NCBI GenBank assembly: GCA_951406725.2
Contig: OX597815.1
Coordinates: forward strand, 76,446,001-76,510,000
DNA length: 64,000 bases
Reading direction: 5' to 3'
Origin: Octopus vulgaris
Lineage: Eukaryota
Below, one piece after another: positions 12,900-23,352 of this stretch. Below the pieces are notes generated by a model. It was not told where the DNA came from, made no database searches, and saw nothing but the letters and a program-made list of their open reading frames with translations. Within the stretch, counting starts at the first letter, position 1; every line of letters begins with the position of its first letter. A program made the translations under genes and the position numbers.

Positions 12900-14245
12900 C
12901 CTTTCTATTAAAGGCACAAGGCCTGAAATGTTTAGTGGAGAGGGGGCTACTTGATTACATTGACCCCAGTACTTGACTGGGACTTATTTTATGAACTCCA
13001 GAAAGATGAAAGGCAAAGTCGACCTTGACAGAATTTGAGCTCAGAATGTAAAACTGGAAGAAATACTGTGAAGTATTTTTGTCTGATGCACTAACAATTC
13101 TTCCAGTTTGCCACCTTAACAATAGTAATAATAATAACAATCCTTTCTACTATAGGCACAAGGCCTGAAATTTGGGGGAGGAGGATAGACAATTACATTG
13201 ACTCCAGTACTCAACTGGTATTTAATTTATTGGCCCTGAAAGGATGAAAGGCAAAGTCAACCTTGGTAGAATTTGGAGATAATAATATTAATACAAAGAC
13301 GAAACCAGTATTCATCATCATTTAATGTCCCATGCCAGCATGGAAAAATGGATGTTAAATGATGAAGATGATGGTGAATACTGGTTTCTGACAAAAGCAC
13401 AAAGCCTGTAAATTTGATGGGAGGGGATTAGTACCATTCAACCTCAGGACTTGAGTGGTACTTTATTTAAGAACCCTGAAAGGCTGAAAGGTAAGGTTCA
13501 AATCCGGCTAAGGATTTGAACTCAGAATGTAAAGAGCCATAGCAAACAAATACTGCAGAGTATCTTTTTCTGACACAAATAATTCTGCCAGCTCACCATC
13601 TTAAATATCAATAATTCTTTCTAATTCTTTCAAAGCCTGAAATGTGTAGGGAGGGGGAAAGTTGATTACACCAACTCTAATATTTCAATGGTACTTTATT
13701 TAATCAACCTCAAAGAATGAAAGGCAAAGCTGACCTCAGTGAACTGAGAATGTAAAGAGATGGAAGAAATAGTGCTAAGCATTTTGTCTGTGTTAACAAT
13801 TCTGTTAACTCATCAACAAATAATAATAATATTTTTTTCTAATTTTTGATACAGGGCCAGCAATTTTGGATGGAAGGGGAAGTCAATTACACAAGCATCA
13901 GTGCTCAACTGGCACTTATTTTATTGACCTTGAAGGATGAAAGACAAAGTTGACTGTGGTAGCATTTGAACTCAGAATATAAAACCAGAGGAAATGCTGC
14001 TAATCATTTTGCATGGCATAGTAACAATTCTGTCAGTTTGCTGCTTTAGATAATAATAACAGCAATTTCAGGGAGGGGGTAAGTCAACTACATTCAATTA
14101 CATCAACCCCAGTGCTCAACTGGTACTTATTTTATCAACCCTAAAAGGATGAAAGGCAAAGTCAACCTCAGTGGAATTTGCACTCAGAAGATAAAGTCAA
14201 AAGAAATGCCACTAAGCAGTAATGATTCTGTTAACTCACTGCCTT
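12421..14245 (-). mobile_element. Head-to-tail array of about 8 tRNA-derived SINE copies separated by (AAT)n
   Basis: Repeating ~220-bp unit ggcacaaggcc...gattacattgacc..cagt...gaaaggatgaaaggcaaagt...atttgaactcagaatgtaaag...ttctgccagct. The minus strand has a B-box-like GAGTTCAAAT. Further copies at 14585-14778, 35050-35445, 41925-42120 and 53228-53410. Confidence 0.88.
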
Positions 14246-16046
14246 TTTAATGACAAAAAATTAATAAAAAGGAAAACATTTATTTAGAGATTTAATGTGT
14301 ACCTATATGTCAATAGTTTGCTATCTAAAGAGACTGTATTAACTCTGTAGTTGAACTTGATAACAAAAGAAAGTTTATTGTCTAAATAAAAAAAATCAAC
14401 AAGATGATGACAGGGATCAGTTATAAAGCTGAGTGTTGATCATTTGTCATTGAGAACTGGTGGCTAAATAATTTACTGTTACTGATGTTTCTTACTTCTC
14501 CATATACAGGAAAATATATAAAGTGAACAAATAAATGAAGTTAGGTTTCCAGCAAGAAATATAACAAGTGAAACTAGTACAGAAAGCTAGCAATTTTGGG
14601 GAGGGGATAAGTTGATTACATCAACCCCAGCGTTTCACTGGTACTGATTTTATCAACCCAAAAAGGCTGAAAGGAAAGGCTGACACCGGTGAAATTTGAA
14701 CTTAGATCCTAAAGATGGACGAAATGCCACTAAGCATTTAACTTGGCACTATAATGATTCTGCCAGCTTGCCGTCTTGAAAGCCCTTAATATTAAAAACA
14801 GATTGGTGTCAAACTATGAAATTTGAATGAACCAAAATCTAATTCTTGGCTGGAAATAAATAATACTAAAAAGAGAAGGAAAAAAAAAACATATTCATAA
14901 AACAACTTTCTAAAAAGAAACATCAGTGAAGTCAAACTCTGGGTTGTATCTAAAGATGTTGGAGATGCCAGAACTATGTGGTAGCTTCTTATTGCCAACA
15001 CTGAGTTTTTAATTAGAATTTGGTCTCAACTACTAATTCATCTGATCCCTATTACCAAGGTCATCCAGGAATATATCAGGTTTAGTTTAGCCAGTGTAGA
15101 AAGTTCAACATGTGATGATATACCTGAGATTTTGGCTTACAGTCTGATTCATATTACCAATGAAACTAAGGGCTCCAGAGAAATGAAGCTAAACTATTGT
15201 CTTTATGCTAAAAAAGAAATAAAAGATAAGAATAACCGATGGTAGAATTAATTCTATTGCAAGTATCTTTCATAGGAAAGTCTCTGCTCTTACAGCTAAA
15301 TGGACTGCAGCAATGTGGGTATAAGTATCCTGCTTAGAAATAACAATGAAACACTAGTAGCAGCTATGAGTTCACATGCCCAGAGCAGGCAACCCTATAC
15401 TCCATCAACTCAAATATTTTACCTCAGATTGCCAAAACCAAACAGAAATTTATCACCATTGTTCTGACCAGTGAAGAAGGCCCCCAAATTATCAAGACAA
15501 GACAAGTTTTTAAAGATTACCAATATTCTGACACATAAAAAATCCGAAATATACCAAGCTTAAGTACTGAAGATTTCAACATAGAAAAATTGCTGATAAA
15601 AGAATATTTCCAAATATAAGGCAGCTGTCAAGATTTTACAGATATAGCCTATACAAAAGTCTTCTCTTTTTTAGTATTTGTATGAGTGTATGCATGTGTA
15701 TTTATGCATGCTTGATTGTGTTTATGTGTAAACAAATGTGCGTATGAACACAACTATACTTGAGTTAAAAATAAAAATATGTAAAACTCAAGTATTGTTA
15801 TCTTTTCAATCACAGAGACACACACAGTATATATATAATTTCTAACAGATATTTAAGAACAAGGCTGATATAACAATTGTCCTTGGAATATATTTCATTA
15901 TTTCATGACAAGAACTGGACTAAAAATCAGATATCAATTCCAAGGATACATACACACACAATAACATATTTACACACACACACACACACACACACATATG
16001 CACACACACACACATATATACACATACATTATGTGTGTGTGTATAT

Positions 16047-16081
<35 letters not shown>

Positions 16082-16450
16082 CATACATACACATACATAC
16101 ATACACACACACACCTATACATATATGCACACATACACCTGTATGTATAAGACACACACACATATTTATGTGTGTGTATATATACAGATATATATATGCG
16201 TGTGTGTTCAATTCAATGATAACAAAACAAAGGAAGCACGATAAGTCAATTATAGAAAACTTAATGAATAAATAAAAAGGATGACTGACTGACACAAAAA
16301 TGAAAGTTAATAAATAAAAACAAAACAAAAACAGTTTATCTTCTTTTTTTTTCGTTTTTAGTTTTTGTTATCAGAACTTTTTCAAACACATTATCCAACA
16401 ACACTTCATTTTCAACACGCCATAGAAATATGTGTGCGTGTACACATATG

Positions 16451-16482
<32 letters not shown>

Positions 16483-17026
16483 TATATATATACACATATA
16501 TATATATATACATATATATATACATACATATATACATACATATATATATACATATAGCCTTCAACTGTTTGCACATACCTTATTGTGTGCATACCCGTGT
16601 TTGTAAAACAATGTACATATTTTTTTTACATTCGTTTTTTTTTTTGCTTTTTTCTTTACAATTTTTAACTACTATTATTTCTTTCACTTTCTTCTTCCTT
16701 AAGAATGTTAGAAAATCCAGTTCCTTCTTGAAGGCATAGTGAGGGTAAAAGGTAAAAAGAAAAAAAAAACAAAAAAAAAAACAAAAAATTGTAAGTGATG
16801 AAATGAAGTCATCTTTGTGGTATTATTATTGTTATTTATAATTATAATTATTATCATTATTATTACTCAGTACTTTTGATAACTTAGCTTCAAAGAGCCT
16901 GACAGTGGTTAATACCAAAATTTATATATGTGTTTGTATAGATGTATGTTTAAGGAGGAGGAAGGTAGTTGAGTTTAGTTGGGAGATGGTAAGGGATGTT
17001 GTGTTCAAAAGAAAGTGAAAAGTCAG

Positions 17027-17226
17027 CTAGGATGTTAATAGGAAAGGAACATATATCATCTTGCTCTTAAGTAAGAGTGCTGAGGCAGACTGGATCTCTG
17101 GCAGGCGCAGCAGAAGCTCACCAAATCTGTTTGGTTCATCAGAATGGTGAACTGCAATGTACTGCTGTAGAGCACATGTATATCTGTCTTGAACTCTCTC
17201 TACTTCTTTCACCGGCATTGTTTGAT
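17027..17226 (-). CDS. Hr4: HR4 coding exon 5 (LBD helices 9-12, stop codon)
   Basis: Acceptor ttctttcag|AT in phase 1. Encodes ...EPNRFGELLLRLPEIQSASALLLKSKMIYVPFLLTS*, which resembles the HR4 C-terminus. Confidence 0.95.
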
Positions 17227-17479
17227 CTGAAAGAATTAAAGAAAACAAATGAAAAAAAATTTATAAATAATTTATGGACAAAATATAGGGAAGTTAGTTT
17301 ACATAAAGCTGTACGAGCAAACCAAAATTACTTTTATTTATTTGGGGGAATGAAGGAAAGGATACAGTGTCTGTTACATTGAGATGCTTTATTACATGAA
17401 GTTATGTCCTTCAGGGATGAAATCAAATATAGTTTACTTTTTTGTCCTTTGGTTTGTTGTGAGCTTAATTCAATCAATG

Positions 17480-17720
17480 AGGTACAAGCATGGCCATGTG
17501 GTTGAAAAGTTTGCTTTCCAACCACGTTGTTTCAATTTCAGTCCCACTGTATGGCATGTTGGGTAGATGTCTTCCACTATAGCACCATGCCAATCAAGCC
17601 TTTTGAATTAATTTGATGGATGGAAACTGAAAGAAGCCAGTTGTATGTATAGGTGTGTGTGTGTATATGTGTAATTTATATGCATACATGTGTATGTGTG
17701 TGTCCGTGTGTGTACGTTAG
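17480..17720 (+). mobile_element. tRNA-derived SINE in the last HR4 intron
   Basis: ggtacaagcatggccatgtggtt...ttcagtcccactg...gtcttccactatagc...ggaaactgaaagaagcc, matching the copy at 39983. Confidence 0.7.
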
Positions 17721-18334
17721 TGTCTCCTTGTTATGATATCTGGTGATTGTTGTAAGTGAATGTCATTCATTTCCAATATTCTACGAAAACATGTCTGACC
17801 ATAAGGAAATATTACCTTACTTAGAAACAAGTAAGGATTAGTGAAAGTATGGGCATTCAGTCATAGAAGATCAATTTCAATAAGCATCATCCTACTCATG
17901 GAAACATGGAAGAATGGATGTTAAAGTGGTGATGGTGCACCGCCTCTACAAATTGTTGCCAGTGTAAAAACCCTAACAGTAAGTAGGTACCACAGAGTAG
18001 GTAAAACTCCTTGTTGTAAGCAAAGAAAATATTGTATAATTGCTGGGTTCTTAGTTAGATTACAATGTTGGTATTCAACTCTTGTGAGTACAGAATGGAA
18101 TCAGACACCAAAAGTGGGTCATCCTAAATATTTTGGTGGTGAGCTTACTTAGCAATGTCTTAAGGGACCCTACATCGCAATATGTTAAGGGGCATTTATC
18201 CTGTACCCTTATTATCCAGAAAAATATCATAAATTAATAAAGAAAGTATATCTTAAATTTTCCAGTCTATGAATTCTTTGTTACCATATTTCTGTCAAAA
18301 TACACTGCCTTTGTTTCAATTAATTTTGTAAATA

Positions 18335-18530
18335 CTATATTTGATGACATAAAAGACACATGGGCATATTAGATGGACCCCAATTTCAGCAGTGAATATT
18401 TAAGAAAAATGTTTTTAATGCATTAAAACTTAAGGGTAGTCCAAAATTGCATATAAGACCAGGGGTAGTGATGATGTTTTGAGACATTTTTATGGTGAAA
18501 AGTGTGTATCTTATATGCCATCAAATATGG
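18335..18530. mobile_element. Tc1/mariner-pogo-type MITE with TA target duplication, nested in another MITE (~18274-18668)
   Basis: TA|ctatatttgatgacataaaagacac ... gtgtatcttatatgccatcaaatatgg|TA. Confidence 0.75.
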
Positions 18531-18968
18531 TAATGAAGAATTTGATAAAATAATTGTATTTGAAACATAAATCAACATGATAATTTTAATGGAACGTTTT
18601 AATTTAGATTTCTTTAAACAGAAAGTGTGTAGTGTTAAACTAGAAATGATTCCAGGTATCAAAAGGGTATGTCATCTTTCAGAAATGAAAAATGAGTTTT
18701 AAATTCAAATCCAATGTGGTACATTCATCTAGGAATAACATACCCGATCAGGATTGGAGATGAAATTGATTGATATGTGATGCAGACATAAATATTGAAA
18801 GATTTTTCATCTTTAAAGAAATTATAATGCTATCAATAATAACTCAACTCAGATATTTAGACATTCAATGATAATGCTGTTGACAATGTTGATTTAGATA
18901 ATGACAATAATTATAATATGATAATAGCAAATAATAATTGATAATGACAATAATATAACCAAACTTAC

Positions 18969-19953
18969 TATGATTTAATAACAGCACAACTTGTAAACAG
19001 ACATATTCTTGCTTTGATAAATTCATATTGACAAAGGCAGCCATAACATGGGTTATTTTCTCAACAATCTCACCAATTTCATTGGTCAGTTCCTCCAAAG
19101 TGAAATATTTCTGAAAATTTTTATTCAAATATTGTGCAAGTTTTGACATGTTCCACCGATAAAGATCTCCAAATGACATAGCAGTTGGCTTAGTAGTGAT
19201 CAAAGCTCGGTGAGCTGTCGTAATCAACAGCAAAAGTTCATGCCATTTTTCAGTTAAGATCTGTTGATGTATCTGTAGAGGTATTTCACTATAGAATGGC
19301 AGCTGTCGAGTCCATTTGACCAGCTTATTAACAATGCTATCACCAATTTTATAGAGAGTGTTCGAGACAATGTCATCATTAATTAACTCATCTAATTTAC
19401 AGGCATCAGCTATGTCTAAGAGACAATCACACTGTATAAGTTCATTGATGAGTCTCTCAAAGTGTGGCATAGGAGACGCTGGCAACAGAGATAACACTTG
19501 GGAAGTGGATGCTGGGGACAGCTGTGATTGGGAATGAGGAGACAATTGTGAAGGAGGGGGCTTGCTAGGGTGAGGCTGTGGCCTGATTGTCTTTAAGTGT
19601 TCAGTGTGATATTGTGGCATATCAAGGTTTTGTAAGGATGGTTGTTGATGGGGAGGGGAATGATGGTGGTTATGATGGTGATGTTGCTGTTGAATCTCAT
19701 TCTGTTGTTGTTGTTGCTGATGCTGCTGCTGTTGCTGATGACTGAATGATGACACAGTGCTGTAGTGAGCAACAAGGGCTGAACGAGATGCATTAAGTAC
19801 ATTTGCAGTTGAACCAATGGGTATTTTCATCTGGTCCTTAATGTCCACCGGTTCTGTTTTGATGTTCATGTCTTGGCCAACACTAATCTGTGCCACTTTC
19901 TGCTTGTACAGCTTGGTAGTCTGCTTTTTTCTTTTGTGCTTCTTGTATTTTAC
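18969..19953 (-). CDS. Hr4: HR4 coding exon 4 (VKYKKHKRKK basic stretch, Q/H/P-rich hinge, most of the ligand-binding domain)
   Basis: Acceptor tttacag|GTA, donor CAT A|gtaagt, 985 nt, phase 0 to 1. LBD motifs KIGDSIVNKLVKWTRQLPFYSEIP, WHELLLL and EYVCLQVVLLLN. Confidence 0.95.
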
Positions 19954-20752
19954 CTGTAAATAATTGAAATTGTTATAATTAAAACATTGTTAATCAATTA
20001 TAGTAATTCTACAAAATTATCACAATGCTGTCACAACACAGTCTCTTCTATCATTATTATAATGACCTCAGTTCCTTGTAGCTGGCTGGTTTCATACCTC
20101 CACTACTCAGGCACCCTCCTCACTCATCTCTCTAACTTTCAACTTTGTTGCATCCAGCTCTTCTTTCCCCCACACTAACCACAAAACTTAATCCTTCTTG
20201 CCCTGAATATCATTCCTCTAGAATCTCCTCCCAGCTCATGTCTTTTCTGCAGATGTTGACCTGCAGATTGATGAAAGGCAAAGGAAAACCTGGTAGAATT
20301 TGCACTCAGAATGCAGAAAGACAGAAATAAATACTGTAAGGAATGTAGTTGGTTCTTTAGTGCTTCCATCATTCCACAATTGCAATACTGCAACAATATA
20401 ACTGTGATCTCTGTTGTCAGACACTTATCCCATTATATTATTATCCCCTTTTAAGTATTATCCCTGTTGTCAAGCAATTATCTGTGGGCAAAATAATTTC
20501 TCTATAGCATGATCCCTGTTGTCAAACACTATTATACTATCCCTCTAATTTCACTCTATGTACTATCATATGTCTGTCATACACTATGTTAAATCATTAT
20601 GTAAGTGAATAACTAAAATTAATAAACAAACTTTACTCTTTCATTGCTTGATGCATTAAATAGAATTTATCAAACATCATTGAGTAAATCTCACAACTAG
20701 GTTATATATCACAGTCCACATGATGAACCTTTAAATAGAAGTGTACACAAAC

Positions 20753-20814
20753 CTTGTATAAGTTATAGACAGCTCCAGAATTACGTCCACCGGGCATTCT
20801 ATCTTCACGGACAG
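20753..20814 (-). CDS. Hr4: HR4 coding exon 3 (C-terminal extension: AVREDRMPGGRNSGAVYNLYK)
   Basis: Acceptor ttcctccttag|CT, donor AAG|gtttgt, 62 nt, phase 1 to 0. The peptide matches the HR4 T/A-box. Confidence 0.97.
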
Positions 20815-22512
20815 CTAAGGAGGAAAGGAATAAAAAAAGAAATTGATTATATCATATATGAAATTTCCCAAAATATTGATATAAAGGAAAACGATTTCTT
20901 AATTACATATAGCTTTGCAAGTACTACAGGTCAGAAACATATAGATTACTGTAAAACCTTGTACTCTTTACAGTTCAAAGTCACCTCCTATTAGGAGCTA
21001 CTACTCCTTAAGACTAAGTGTTTGTGTGTATCATTTGGTGTGGTTTCTTTGGCTGGATGCTCTTCCTAACGCTAACTAATTTGCAGAGTGTACTGGGTGT
21101 ATTTTCTTGTGGAACTAAAACTAGAGAGGTTGAATAGGTTTGGTAAGACAACATAAAAGGGACCTCATAACTCTAGACTTGCCCTGCTCATTTTCCAATC
21201 ACTCAGTGTATTTTGCATAGCACCAGCACTAGAGATGTACCCCCACTCACCATTCATATGTAGAAGGAACATGGCAAGCTATGTTGAAATACACTAGCGG
21301 GAGGTACTTTATACACAGGAAATGTACAGAAATGTGCACAGCAACCTAGAGCATGTAGAATGGGGAAAGGGAACAAGAGAGGGAGCAATGACAGTAGATA
21401 GGCCAGAAATAGATAATTGAGAGGAGGAGAAGGGGAGTGTAAGAGTAGAGAGACAGAAGAAAGGGTGAGTGAGAGAGAGAGAGAGAGAGTACAGTACAGC
21501 AGGGCAAAGTTGGAGTGTATTGGGGAGGGGAATGAGGGTAGTCCAATACAGCCTCTTATATATGGTCTTAGTAAAGGACAACAAGAGGATTTAGGGCTAT
21601 GCCAGGTATAGTGCTTTAGTCTTAGCTGATTATTTCTCCTGTCCCACTAGAAAGGTGGCAGCTGTGGCACCTCTTCTGAGGTTGAAGCCAAACTGCATCC
21701 AAGATAACTGACCCCAATTGAGTTATGAAACTAACTCTCTTCTTGATTGTGCTATCTTTTTAATCTTGTTCTTTTGATAAACATTACTGAGTCAATAATT
21801 CATCACTTAAAGACACAGTAATAACCAAACACAGCTCTAAAGTATTTCTTTCTTTCTTTTTATGAAGAGCAAATGGTATCTAATAAAATCTGACACAACT
21901 GCAGTAGGACAATAGATATTGTTTAAGATTTAATGGAGTGATTGAGAAAACATATATATGGTCCGTAAAGGACAACACGGTCTGTGTAAAGAGGATTTAG
22001 TGTAGACAGGCAAAAAAATTAGTCAATAGAAGTTCAGATTTTTGCTCTAATTTGTATTGTCTAAAGCCTTAAATGATTACTTTCTATGGGTGTTCTTTTT
22101 ATGTACCTTGCCTCGGGCCCTCAAATCCATGGATATATAAGGATGCTGTCATGTTTTAGGCATTCTTAGACCTGGAGGGGCCCATCCTTCTCCAGATTTG
22201 AACATATCTGATTTGTCCAGAAAGAGAGACAGATAGGAAGAAAGAAAAGAAACAATTTCAATATAAAACTGGTATTTTAGTCATGGGCCTTGAAAGGATG
22301 ATAGGTAGTGCTGCTGACTTCAGCAATATTTGAACTAAGTCTGAACAATTCCTGCAAGACATTCTATCCAACACTTTTAATGATTCATTCAATTTACTGC
22401 TTCTTTATAAATACATACATACATACATATATGTATATATGTATATACATATATGTGTATGTATGTACGTAGAGAGAGAAAGAGATATCAGGAAGAAGTG
22501 TTTATTGCTTAC

Positions 22513-22661
22513 CAGCCAAAACCATTCCCATTTGTAAGCATTTCTTGAAACGGCAATATTGGCACCGATTACGTTGCATCTTGTTTATCTCACAGTTGCC
22601 ACTAGCAACACAGGTGTAAACCCGTTTGTTCTGCACTGTGCGCTTAAAAAATCCTTTACAC
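22513..22661 (-). CDS. Hr4: HR4 coding exon 2 (DBD: [49 protein letters not shown])
   Basis: Hand translation of the reverse strand; absent from the ORF track. Acceptor ctctttgaag|G, donor G|gtaagc, 149 nt, phase 2 to 1. Completes P-box CEGCKG and the second C4 finger. Confidence 0.97.
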
Positions 22662-23352
22662 CTTCAAAGAGAAAAAAATCAAAAGGAAAGGTAAATGAAA
22701 TGTTCAAAACTTCTATTAGTTTTTTTAAAGGCATCATCATCATAATCCACTTTTCATGCTTGCATAGGTCAGATGGAACTCATTTAGATGCAGATTTTTT
22801 ACATCTTGATGTCCTTCCTGTTACCAAACCTCACTTGTTTGAAAGCAAGGCAATATTTCCCAATGACTGGACATGTCTTCACAAAAGATTGGGAAGAAAT
22901 GACACCACTTATATGAAGGTGACATACTTTTACAACCATCTTGTGATACAAGGACGAGGAGACACAAACACACAAAAATAAGCACACACATAAACATGCA
23001 CACATACAATGAAATTCTTCCTCTCCCTGTCAACCAAATCCACTCACAAAGCCTTGATCAGCACGGGGCTCTATTAGAAGACAGTTGCCCAAGGTACCAC
23101 ATAGTGGAACTGAGATAATCATGACTAGATTTCTGAGACAGTAGAGCAAAAGGGATACAGAATCAAGATTTATAACAATTACCATTACTGTCAGGAGACA
23201 GTAATGGAGCAAATTAACAGCAAAAAATTGGGTGAAAGAGAAGAAATTAAGAAAAGGGAGGAAATAGAAGATAACAAATGTAAGAGACACAGAGAAACAA
23301 TAAAGAAGGAAAAAAGAAGGTAAAGGAAGATAAACTGAAAAGTTTTACTTAC

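Noticed and set aside
12421-14245. Regularly spaced repeats as a CRISPR-like array or tRNA gene cluster
   Set aside because: Units are ~220-bp diverged SINEs with dispersed copies elsewhere; no unique spacers, no cas genes, no intact cloverleaf.
22559-22981. 140-aa plus-strand ORF
   Set aside because: Antisense to HR4 exon 2, running into repeat sequence; no domain.
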